DNA from: a virus
Lineage: Duplodnaviria > Heunggongvirae > Uroviricota > Caudoviricetes
DNA length: 48,828 nt
IMG/VR virus record: IMGVR_UViG_3300045988_154803
Reading direction: 5' to 3' (one strand)
A program made the position numbers and the translations under genes. Shown one piece after another: positions 7,880 to 16,079 of this stretch; within the stretch, counting starts at the first letter, position 1, and every line of letters begins with the position of its first letter. The notes below the pieces were generated by a model. The model was not told where the DNA came from. It made no database searches and worked only from the letters and a program-made list of their open reading frames with translations.

Positions 7880-8280
7880 TTGGTATCCCCTGGTACTTCA
7901 CCAAGACTAAGATCAAACCCAATTTCGTCTTTAACTGACTGCGGCAACAGCTCCCACGTCTGCGCACACAAAAATTCATCGGTGCCATAACGCTCAACAA
8001 AGCGAGCACAATTACTCAGGGGAGGGTGACGAACGGCAATATGCGGAGGCACGCGCCCACCACCAGGCACAACACCGCGATGATGTGGTGCGCACAACCC
8101 AAAGCTATGGAAGTGGCAATTCTCATCAACGCTGCCGTAATCAGGATCGTGATGTAGCTCCGTCCACAGCTCTGGATTATCAATTTCACGGCCATCAATA
8201 ATGCAAGCTATGCAACCCACGTGAGTGAGCACCGCTTGTATATAAAGTTTCTCTTTCTTCGTTGGTGTACGTCCGTTCAT
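7876..8280 (-). CDS. Cys/His-rich protein, possible zinc-binding HNH-like nuclease
   Basis: CIACIIDG ... HH ... DENCHFHSFGLCAPHH. Confidence 0.35.
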   Translation of the reverse strand: MNGRTPTKKEKLYIQAVLTHVGCIACIIDGREIDNPELWTELHHDPDYGSVDENCHFHSFGLCAPHHRGVVPGGGRVPPHIAVRHPPLSNCARFVERYGTDEFLCAQTWELLPQSVKDEIGFDLSLGEVPGDTK

Positions 8281-8513
8281 CAGCGCCCCTTACCATTGAT
8301 AAAGAGGTTGAACTCGTTGATTAACTGGACATACATGCTTCTGGCCGCGTAGTTCTTTGCCAGCTCTTTACGGGATGAGATCCCGCAAAACTCACGCAGA
8401 ATCACAGAGGCCTCAGAACTGTTTGAAACGTTCTTCCCTGTTTTACTGGTCAGAAAGCGCCAGAATTGGGGATTCTGGCAATGCATCGCAGCACCGCGAA
8501 CATAACTACTCAT
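8280..8513 (-). CDS. Hypothetical protein
   Basis: 77-aa ORF with start/stop overlap to neighbours. Confidence 0.35.
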   Translation of the reverse strand: MSSYVRGAAMHCQNPQFWRFLTSKTGKNVSNSSEASVILREFCGISSRKELAKNYAARSMYVQLINEFNLFINGKGR

Positions 8514-9025
8514 TGATGGCCCCCGTCATTTCTGGTGCTTTTCACCGTGCGGCTTCTTAAAAACCTGCCATCACGAACAACAGACACTTCTCGTTTACCC
8601 AACCTCATTTCACGGCGGTAACATTCAGAAAATGCCTCGTCCGGCATCATATAAATGCGACGCTTCGCCTCCGTATCCAGAAGGGAACGGCTTGGGGTTA
8701 CATATAAAAACGACTCATCAATAGGGACAAAACCACGAGCAAGAATTGCTGGCAGAATGCCAGGAAGAACGCAGAAAACAGCTCCACGATGCAGCAACAT
8801 CTGGTACTCCATGACCTCCGTTATCCCCGTGACTACTGTTACGGTGTCACGTCTGTTACGGCTGGCAACCAGTCGCTGCACACGTCCAATTTTCTGATCT
8901 ACAGATAGATGTTTGCTATCGTTATCAATATGATCGATAACAAACCCTTTAATCGTTTGATCAAGGTAGTGCACCACCTTCGATTGAATCTGGTGATTAT
9001 CACCAAAGAAGGCCAGAATCATCAT
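8510..9025 (-). CDS. Hypothetical early protein
   Basis: 171-aa ORF, operon position downstream of cro-like gene. Confidence 0.4.
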   Translation of the reverse strand: MMILAFFGDNHQIQSKVVHYLDQTIKGFVIDHIDNDSKHLSVDQKIGRVQRLVASRNRRDTVTVVTGITEVMEYQMLLHRGAVFCVLPGILPAILARGFVPIDESFLYVTPSRSLLDTEAKRRIYMMPDEAFSECYRREMRLGKREVSVVRDGRFLRSRTVKSTRNDGGHQ

Positions 9026-9516
9026 TCCTCAAGCCTCCCAAGTGCTGAACGCCGGGCGTTGCTAATCTCCTTATGAATCAGCTCGATATCGCTGGAATCT
9101 TTATTCTTAAACTCCAGCATGGCAATCGCATCACGAACCTCTGAAACGGTTACGTGTGAGTGTTTCCAGCGAGCAATGAATCGCGGACCGCGTAGATTGC
9201 AACGCTCCGCAGGCATCCCCAGCTCAGAGAAAACCGCTTTCAGCCTTGATAAGCAGTTAACAGGGAGATTCCCTTTGATCTTGTTCTGCCGAACCGATGT
9301 GCCATCGCTACGCTGGCGCTGACGTTCGGCAAAATCTGCCGCCCATTGCTGGACGTTAATCCGGCCTTCCGAATACGCCACCAGCAGCGTCAGGTTATCC
9401 GCACGAGGGAATCTCTCGAAGCGATACCAGGCACCAATCAGTGATGACGTAAAGCCAAACTTTCTGGCAACACCAATTTGGCCTCCATTCTCGTCAACCC
9501 ACTCCTGAAAGGTCAT
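9022..9516 (-). CDS. Cro/YdaS-like HTH regulator (N-terminal domain) with C-terminal extension
   Basis: GGQIGVARKFGFTSSLIGAWYRFERFP resembles YdaS/Cro-type HTH; divergent from CI across operator cluster. Confidence 0.5.
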   Translation of the reverse strand: MTFQEWVDENGGQIGVARKFGFTSSLIGAWYRFERFPRADNLTLLVAYSEGRINVQQWAADFAERQRQRSDGTSVRQNKIKGNLPVNCLSRLKAVFSELGMPAERCNLRGPRFIARWKHSHVTVSEVRDAIAMLEFKNKDSSDIELIHKEISNARRSALGRLEE

Positions 9517-9534
9517 TTAACGAACTCCAGTTAA

Positions 9535-9652
9535 ACCACGATATGTGGTATTAAAACCACATATTGTGAGTTTTTCAATGGGCGAAACAAAAAATAACCT
9601 TCTATTTGTGGTCCACCTCTCGTCTTACCATGTGAAAACCACTAAATGTGGT
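9535..9652. promoter_or_regulatory. Immunity operator/promoter region: three ACCAC-N5-GTGGT-type palindromes
   Basis: ACCACGATATGTGGT (9535-9549), ACCACATATTGTGAG (9556-9570), ACCACTAAATGTGGT (9638-9652). Confidence 0.6.
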
Positions 9653-9689
9653 AATGTATAAATAACCCACCATTCACGATTGATGAGAC

Positions 9690-10346
9690 ATGAAAAGCAA
9701 CGACGAGAACATCAAGAAAGAAATAGGTCTGCGCATTCAGACTCTACGGAAACAATCCGGCATGACTGCCGGAGATCTCCAGCAAGTCACTGGAATAGGC
9801 TTAAGCACCTTGCAGAACTATGAGGCCGGATTAAGACAACCATCTATACCTGCCATCAAGAAAATCGCGCACGCCCTGAAAGCATCAGCGCCTTATATCG
9901 CGTGCTTAACAGATAACCCGTTCCCACCCCAGAATACTAACGCTCCTGTTATTCCTGGGCTTGTAGCTATAAAAAATGACATAGCATCGCACGCCGGAGA
10001 AAAGCCAGTGCTGGCGATAGAACAGGAGATTCTACGAAGCAAGAACATCAACCCATCGTCTCTGTCAGTTCTCCAGAGCAACGATGAGTTAATGTCACCA
10101 ACAATATCCCCAGGCTCCCAAGTCCTGATTAATACAGACGATACAGAGATTCATGAGGGGATCTATGCCCTTGAAGACAGAAATGGCCCGGTTGTTTTGA
10201 GGCACTGTAGAGTCATACCGGGTGACAATGCTGTTATGCTGTCAACCGAAAGGGATGCTGAAATGAACACTAAGCATCTGAATAACGAGGAATTTAAGCG
10301 TTATAAAGTTCTGGGCCGCGTAGTTAGTGTTGTCAACTGGTTATGA
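9690..10346 (+). CDS. CI-like phage repressor (XRE HTH + S24/LexA-like C-terminal domain)
   Basis: N-terminal IGLRIQTLRKQSGMTAGDLQQVTGIGLSTLQNYEAG; C-terminal domain alignable to S24 fold. Confidence 0.8.
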   Translation: MKSNDENIKKEIGLRIQTLRKQSGMTAGDLQQVTGIGLSTLQNYEAGLRQPSIPAIKKIAHALKASAPYIACLTDNPFPPQNTNAPVIPGLVAIKNDIASHAGEKPVLAIEQEILRSKNINPSSLSVLQSNDELMSPTISPGSQVLINTDDTEIHEGIYALEDRNGPVVLRHCRVIPGDNAVMLSTERDAEMNTKHLNNEEFKRYKVLGRVVSVVNWL

Positions 10347-10438
10347 TACACAGCACGGCGAAAGCCGTGCATTTCTACGCTCAAAAAAACCACGCTTTGT
10401 GGTTTTGACAACATGTGAAAGTATAAAAGAGGCTACGC

Positions 10439-10813
10439 ATGGAATTACATACAGCCAATAAAAACGAAACTCTGATCACTGCTGGAATCGAAATCCAAGC
10501 GTTGAACATAGCGATTGAGTGTATGTTATGCCAAATCATTGATAATGAGAAAGATATCGACTGGATAGAATCTATCCTTCATCTGGCATCAGAACAAAAA
10601 GTCTGCCTCAAAACGGCCTTACAATACGATGTGCCAGCGGTATCGAAGCTGTGCCAGCCATTGATGGCATATAACAGGGCTATTATTTCTGTATGCCTCA
10701 TGATTCTCGATGAAACCCCCCCTCTTAGCGACCGCTCAGAAGCTGCTCTAACCCTCTCACGTAAACAGCGACAGCTAGCAAATCAACTGATATCAACGAT
10801 AGCTGACCTCTGA
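10439..10813 (+). CDS. Hypothetical protein downstream of cI
   Basis: 124-aa ORF; position analogous to exclusion genes in other phages (inference only). Confidence 0.4.
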   Translation: MELHTANKNETLITAGIEIQALNIAIECMLCQIIDNEKDIDWIESILHLASEQKVCLKTALQYDVPAVSKLCQPLMAYNRAIISVCLMILDETPPLSDRSEAALTLSRKQRQLANQLISTIADL

Positions 10814-10830
10814 CTGCAAGCGGGCTAACG
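10809..10830 (+). terminator. Putative terminator hairpin after cI operon
   Basis: aagcgggc-taac-gcccgctt stem-loop followed by AT-rich tract. Confidence 0.4.
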
Positions 10831-10842
10831 CCCGCTTATATG

Positions 10843-10948
10843 ATTATAGATTTATATAATTATATAAAACGCTTTTCATCAGCCAAAAAGTTGGTTATGC
10901 TTACCTCGTTCTATAAATATAGATTTATAGAATTATATAACCAAACAC
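10843..10948. promoter_or_regulatory. parA upstream region with AT palindromes (candidate centromere/operator)
   Basis: Perfect 16-bp palindrome TTATATAATTATATAA at 10843-10858 and a related repeat CTATAAATATAGATTTATAGAATTATATAA. Confidence 0.5.
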
Positions 10949-11617
10949 ATGGAGTCTCGACAAATGACTATCTCTGTAGGTATTTTCAACGGAAAAGGCG
11001 GCGTAACCAAATCAACAATTGCCCGTGCTTTAGCAGTTGCTTATGCAAAGGCTGGCTGGAATGTATGCCTGATCGATATGGATGTGCTTAACGGAACGGT
11101 AACGCGTTGGGTACAACGCAGAATGGCCAACAATATCGAACCAGCAATCGCGGCGCAGCCGTGCGGCACACCATCACAAGTCCAGAAAATCATCGAATCA
11201 GAAGTATACGACCTGGTTATCGTTGATGGCGGTGCCTACGCATCTGAATCAGTACCGAAGCTCTCTGAATTTCTGGATATGGTTATTTTGCCAACCAGAT
11301 TCTCTACCGATGACCTGGAAACCACCGTTAACACAGCTCACGGCATCGTTAAAAAGGGTGTACCAATCAAGAAAATTTGCATGGTGTTTTCCGGCGCGGC
11401 TGAAAACGAAGCTGACTATATTGAAGCCCAAGAGTACCTGGCTAATACGCCATACTTTGTTGTCGATAAGTACATTCCCCACAAGCCAGCTCTGAGCAAA
11501 GCTCAGGATAAGGGCTTAAGCCTCATTGAGTGCTCATACGTTGCGCCACGCAAAAAGGCAGACGACGTTATTCAGGGGATTATCAACCAGCTTGAGGCTC
11601 TGACTACTGCCGCGTAA
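10949..11617 (+). CDS. parA: ParA-family partition ATPase (small, type Ib-like); likely start at 10964
   Basis: Deviant Walker A GKGGVTKST; ~217 aa without N-terminal HTH. Confidence 0.85.
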   Translation: MESRQMTISVGIFNGKGGVTKSTIARALAVAYAKAGWNVCLIDMDVLNGTVTRWVQRRMANNIEPAIAAQPCGTPSQVQKIIESEVYDLVIVDGGAYASESVPKLSEFLDMVILPTRFSTDDLETTVNTAHGIVKKGVPIKKICMVFSGAAENEADYIEAQEYLANTPYFVVDKYIPHKPALSKAQDKGLSLIECSYVAPRKKADDVIQGIINQLEALTTAA

Positions 11618-11629
11618 TATATAATTATA
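11618..11629. repeat. TATATAATTATA palindrome between parA and downstream RHH gene
   Basis: Perfect 12-bp palindrome. Confidence 0.6.
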
Positions 11630-11660
11630 GTTTTATAGATTTATATAAGAGGGGATACAC

Positions 11661-11909
11661 ATGGCCGCACCATCAAAACCACCAAAGAAGAACAGCAAAG
11701 GCGTACCGCCATCGATCGAACAACCGCAGGTTTTCGACCCGACTGAAACGCCAACCAGAACCAAATCAGGTGGGGCACAAATGGCGTTTAACGTCGACCC
11801 TGAATTTAAACGCGAGTACAAAACGTTCGCCAGCTCAATGGATATGTCATTGAAAGAAGTGCTGACAAAATCTTTTGAGTTACTCAAGGCTCAATACAAC
11901 CAGAAGTAA
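11661..11909 (+). CDS. Small ribbon-helix-helix-like protein, ParG-like centromere-binding partner
   Basis: 82 aa; basic disordered N-terminus then AFNVDPEFKREYKTFASSMDMSLKEVL pattern. Confidence 0.55.
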   Translation: MAAPSKPPKKNSKGVPPSIEQPQVFDPTETPTRTKSGGAQMAFNVDPEFKREYKTFASSMDMSLKEVLTKSFELLKAQYNQK

Positions 11910-11938
11910 GAGAAGGTGACGGCCTCCAGCGCCAACTG

Positions 11939-12121
11939 TTGGCCGTCGCGACACAACAAGGGGAATTTGTTATGTCCGAGCAACAATATACACGGTTACT
12001 AAAAACTCGTCTAATAGACCTCAAACGGCTGCAAGCTGGCCGCTTATTTGCCCTGCTATCCACCAGGCCAGAATGGGTACGTGAAGCAGTTCTGAAAGGC
12101 TTAATGCGCTCCAGCGTTTAA
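11939..12121 (+). CDS. Small hypothetical protein
   Basis: 60-aa ORF following partition genes. Confidence 0.3.
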   Translation: MAVATQQGEFVMSEQQYTRLLKTRLIDLKRLQAGRLFALLSTRPEWVREAVLKGLMRSSV

Positions 12122-12129
12122 ATTCAACC

Positions 12130-12153
12130 ATAAAAAAGCCCCCGAAGGGGCCT
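12130..12153. terminator. Hairpin terminator (U-run on minus strand, A-run on plus)
   Basis: gcccccgaaggggc stem-loop flanked by A6 on plus strand. Confidence 0.5.
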
Positions 12154-12725
12154 AATCGCTACTTGCTGCTAATGTTTATCGTCACATTCAGAGCGTTATC
12201 AGTAATCTTCCAACCCTCCCCATGTGGCGTAAACAAAGCTCCAGTAACAACGATAAAAATACACATACAGTATTTTTTCATTGTATGGCCCTTACAGGCC
12301 GTTTCACGGCATCCCCACCGACGAAAACAACGCGAGAGCAAGCACGGCTGCTTGTGCTTGCATGTACGGCAACGGAGAATCCTCCCCTAAAGTCGGTGCC
12401 CGGGTGCGAATCGGCGGGAAGGTCCACAGGTATTTTACGATTATTTTAAGATTAGTAATAGGAAAGAAATTAAACGAAAAAACTCGTTTATTTTCACAAA
12501 ATCAGTAACCTACCCACAATCTGTGAGTTTGCAGGCACAACAAGAACCACAATTTTTTGAAGCATAATAGTGGACTATTATTACCTTTTGGGTAAAATTA
12601 ACTTGCTGCTTGTGCTTGCGTGGTTGTTTATACAACAACGTAATGCTGAAAGGACCGCGAATCCGATCAGCACGAAAGAACCGTCCTCAATAGGGCGGTT
12701 TTTTTGTTTCTGCCTACCAATAAAC

Positions 12726-12738
12726 CCACGCTATGTGG
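12726..12738. promoter_or_regulatory. Fourth CCAC-N5-GTGG operator-like palindrome
   Basis: CCACGCTATGTGG abutting candidate -35 TTGTCT. Confidence 0.5.
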
Positions 12739-12773
12739 TTGTCTCTGTTAAAATCCCGCCGTATTGACATGAA

Positions 12774-12873
12774 TGCGCCATTGGTGGACACTTTCCGAGC
12801 CGTAGCAAAATCTACGGCCGGGATTGGAACCCCGATAATCATCATGGCGCATACCGCGTTAGCGGTTTTTTTA
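12774..12873 (+). ncRNA. Candidate small RNA (~100 nt) ending at intrinsic terminator
   Basis: Candidate promoter TTGTCT-N17-TATTGA; internal hairpin ccgtagcaaaatctacgg; terminator ccgc-gtta-gcgg + T7 at 12854-12872. Confidence 0.3.
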
Positions 12874-13037
12874 TGCGTAAAGCACTGCTACACCCAAATT
12901 ATGGTGGGGCGTGCGGGGGAGTCGTAAGACTCGCCGGATTCCATGGTGACCGGTAGTTCCAACCCTGTACGTCTCACCACCCAATGATTGGAACCAGACG
13001 GTGGTGAGTATCCTTAACCTTTAAGGGAACTATCACC

Positions 13038-13229
13038 ATGACAAACTTACCCCATGACTATTACGTCAACCTCGTAAAGATCCTTCTCAAGAAAGCCTCA
13101 TACGCCGATAAACTCCGCCTGGCTGAAATCATCGAGCGCGAAGCTATGCGCATCGCCAGCAACGATAACGCTGTTTCTGACGCAAAAATCTCCCTCGTAA
13201 CCAAAGTAGTTATGGGAGGTACAAAATGA
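13038..13229 (+). CDS. Small protein upstream of antirepressor
   Basis: 63-aa ORF with stop/start overlap (ATGA) to antirepressor. Confidence 0.4.
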   Translation: MTNLPHDYYVNLVKILLKKASYADKLRLAEIIEREAMRIASNDNAVSDAKISLVTKVVMGGTK

Positions 13230-14368
13230 AAACGCTTCCGACCGTTAACACCCTACAGCCTATCCTGCATAACCAGATCCCCGTTATCACTAGTGAACTT
13301 CTGGCGCAGTTATACGGAACAAAAATCAAAAACATTTCTGATAACTTTCTGAACAACACGACGCGATTCATAGCCGGAAAGCATTACTTTAAAATTGAAA
13401 AAAACGAATTACGCGAGTTCAAGAACAGACCTGAAACAATCGGGTTAGTTGGTAAAAATGCCCGCTCCCTAATTCTCTGGACCGAACACGGAGCAGCCCG
13501 TCACGCCAAAATGCTCGAAACCGATCAGGCTTGGGATGTGTTCGAAAAACTGGAAGACTGCTATTTCAACCAGAACGCACAAACGGCCGCGACCGTAACC
13601 GTCTCACCAAACAATGCTCGTGAGGTTGTCGATACGCTCAACGCCAAACCGATGTTTTACATTAAAGTGTGCAACAACGAGCCACTCACAACCTCAGCCG
13701 ATGTTGCCCAGGCATTCAGCACCACAAACAATTCCATCGTTATGGCCATCGATGCGTTACGCATTCCTCGCACAGCTGCGGCGCGTCATTTCTTTAAAGA
13801 GCAACGACCGTTGGAAGGAAGCGACCGCGAAATAACAATCTATCGCATGACAAAAGACGGATTTACCTTGCTCATGGAAAGTATCGACGGTCCAGGCGTG
13901 AAGGATATCAAGCTGGCCTACATTGAAGCCTTTAACGCTATCAGCAGCGTGTTAAAAACACAGTACGAGCGCGATCTGGCTAAACGACTGTACCAGGAAA
14001 AAACGATTATCCGCGCGGCAACAGAGCATAATCGGCTATTAACGGAACCGAACTACAGGAAGGAACTAATCAAGGAGTTTGACAAGGCAACAGGGAAAAC
14101 CAAAGCGGCGCTAAGTCTGCCAGCAATGACTCAGGAAAATGTGATATCAGCCTTACTTCTTGATCTGCTCAGAAACGCCAGAGCACTTATCAGCTTTGAC
14201 GAAAACCTGAATCCTCAGCTCAAGCTACTACCACCGACAGGCAAAGTAGTCGACCAGGCTGATCACAACAGCATACTCAGCGTACTGGATGCAAACCTGC
14301 CAGCCAGGACACTACAGGATCTGATAAAAACATGTGCTGATAAGCTGGCACAGAAAAGCAGACCATAA
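13226..14368 (+). CDS. ant: Antirepressor-like protein (ORF6N/KilA-N-type N-terminal domain + Rha-like domain)
   Basis: N-terminal IPVITSELLAQLYGTKIKNISDNFLNNTTRFIAGKHYF; central PLTTSADVAQAFSTTNNSIVMAIDAL. Confidence 0.7.
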   Translation: MKTLPTVNTLQPILHNQIPVITSELLAQLYGTKIKNISDNFLNNTTRFIAGKHYFKIEKNELREFKNRPETIGLVGKNARSLILWTEHGAARHAKMLETDQAWDVFEKLEDCYFNQNAQTAATVTVSPNNAREVVDTLNAKPMFYIKVCNNEPLTTSADVAQAFSTTNNSIVMAIDALRIPRTAAARHFFKEQRPLEGSDREITIYRMTKDGFTLLMESIDGPGVKDIKLAYIEAFNAISSVLKTQYERDLAKRLYQEKTIIRAATEHNRLLTEPNYRKELIKEFDKATGKTKAALSLPAMTQENVISALLLDLLRNARALISFDENLNPQLKLLPPTGKVVDQADHNSILSVLDANLPARTLQDLIKTCADKLAQKSRP

Positions 14369-14600
14369 CTACAAGGGGCTACGGCCCCTTACTCTTTTCT
14401 CTCTTATCAACACCAGAGACTTTCTGAAAATCCTTTCGAATAGCGTCAGCGTCACGCGCCAAGCCCATACTCGAACGTGTCGCCATATGACGAAAATGAT
14501 CAACTGCCGGAAACAAAGAAATAATGGACCCAATAGCTTGCAGCAAACTCGCTTTTCTACGCATCATAATTCCACCATAACCGATAACCACCCTTCAGAC

Positions 14601-14627
14601 ACACCCCCCCTCCCCCCATACAGGGTG
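14601..14627. repeat. Homopolymeric tract C7-T-C6 (G7-A-G7 on minus strand)
   Basis: acaccccccctccccccatacag read directly. Confidence 0.9.
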
Positions 14628-15103
14628 CCCTTTACCGGAGTTCCGGCCCCTTCTCAAAAGCATCAAAAAAAGCTCGAGATCGAGTACCGGAACTCATGCC
14701 ACCAGATAGCTCCACATCGTTTCCAATGCTTCGCCGCCGTGTGCGCCCTGTGGCCCACAATCATGCCATTGGTCGTCTGATATACCTTCTTCTGCTCATA
14801 GAGCACAGGCGAGTTGTCGCACTCCTGCCTTTCTCAGACTCGACTTAGTTTAGATCGCTGTTCCTGGCTTGCGTCAGCACACTTTCCCCTTGTACGCATA
14901 CCCGCGCGCAACTTCGCCCAAAAACACCGAACCCAACGAAGTGGCAAAGACAACGACGCGAGCGTGAGTCTGAAATGGGCACCAGTAAAAAAGGGGTTGC
15001 AGGCGCAAAAAGATTTGATTATCTTTAGACGCAAGAAAGCCGCCCCAATCAAGAGGTGTCTTTTTAAATCCAGCCTACCAAGCAAGATTTAAATTTCAGA
15101 CTG

Positions 15104-15130
15104 AAAACCGCCCGGCAAGGCGGTTTTTGT
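15104..15130. terminator. Bidirectional hairpin terminator
   Basis: ccgcc-cggcaa-ggcgg with A-run before and T5 after. Confidence 0.55.
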
Positions 15131-15176
15131 CTTTCTGGCGCTTACATTACACCACCATAAAACGATCCGTAAAGGA

Positions 15177-15449
15177 TCATTTGATCCCTTGTTCCAATTC
15201 TGCCGACACTTTAACCTTTTCCCATACAAGGGTTTGCAGCCTTAACAGAATCGCATCTTTATCAAGGTGTGAAAGATCCTTAACCATATCGTCAAACGAC
15301 AGAACGCGAATGGCCATCTCAATGACCCTCGGCGGCTCCCCCTTCTCATATCGCTTATATGTAGCCAACGATATCCCAAACTCTTCGGCTGCTCGCTCCT
15401 GCGTCCAGTTCATCCCACGACGCCATAATTTCAATTCGTAACCCGTCAT
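15177..15449 (-). CDS. XRE-family HTH transcriptional regulator
   Basis: LKLWRRGMNWTQERAAEEFGISLATYKRYEKG. Confidence 0.6.
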   Translation of the reverse strand: MTGYELKLWRRGMNWTQERAAEEFGISLATYKRYEKGEPPRVIEMAIRVLSFDDMVKDLSHLDKDAILLRLQTLVWEKVKVSAELEQGIK

Positions 15450-15550
15450 TACATCCTCTACCTTTCCCTAGATATTCAATAAATTAGACATAGCCACTCA
15501 CGACAAAATAAGATGTATTAACAATCCAATCTTTAGGCTTTAGGTAAAAA

Positions 15551-15976
15551 ATGAGTTCATCTGCTTTTGTCACCGTGGTCACTGGTGTAAGTGTTTTTGT
15601 TCTAGGCCAACTCATCGTCAAAGGAGCTATTGAGCCTTACATTTCATTCAGGGAACAACTAGGGAAAATATCCAATCTGTTATTATGTAACCAAGCAAAA
15701 ATAGTGAATCCTGGCTCGAACTTAAAGCCAGAAATCATTCATGATCTAAAAGATTCCGCAGCACAGTTAATGGCGAAATATTCCACTTTACCTTTCTATA
15801 TCAAAAAGTTACATATCGGCTTTCGTCTTGTTCCATCAGCCACCGAGATTCTTGGGGCAGCTCAAAATTTGAACTATATAGCGTCAATACATGAAGGTAA
15901 GACTGGGGAGAATCCATCTAAGCATCTCGAAGAGATTGGCCATATGCTCAAAATACCAACTACCTATTCAAGCTAA
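15551..15976 (+). CDS. Membrane-anchored hypothetical protein
   Basis: 141 aa; N-terminal hydrophobic helix AFVTVVTGVSVFVLGQLIV; divergent from HTH regulator. Confidence 0.45.
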   Translation: MSSSAFVTVVTGVSVFVLGQLIVKGAIEPYISFREQLGKISNLLLCNQAKIVNPGSNLKPEIIHDLKDSAAQLMAKYSTLPFYIKKLHIGFRLVPSATEILGAAQNLNYIASIHEGKTGENPSKHLEEIGHMLKIPTTYSS

Positions 15977-16045
15977 CCCAATGTAAGTTATCGGCTTGCC
16001 CCACAATAAGTTATCTATCTTCAAACGCCCCCTATATTAACACTC

Positions 16046-16070
16046 GCAAAGTGTCAAAATGACACTTTGC
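16046..16070. terminator. Perfect 11-bp-arm palindrome between convergent genes
   Basis: gcaaagtgtca-aaa-tgacactttgc. Confidence 0.5.
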
Positions 16071-16079
16071 GCATTGTGT

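Noticed and set aside
9022-9025. Lambda-type replication genes (O/P, helicase loader) in the early operon
   Set aside because: None of the early-operon ORFs shows initiator or helicase-loader motifs; replication appears to be provided by the IncFII-type RepA instead.
12900-13037. LexA (SOS) box controlling the antirepressor
   Set aside because: Searched for CTGT-N8-ACAG near the ant and cI promoters and found none by eye; SOS control through LexA is therefore not supported, though not excluded.
14334-15092. Plus-strand ORFs 14334-14780 and 14814-15092
   Set aside because: Compositionally odd (His/Cys/Pro/Arg-rich), translate the homopolymeric C tract, and have no start context; treated as non-coding.
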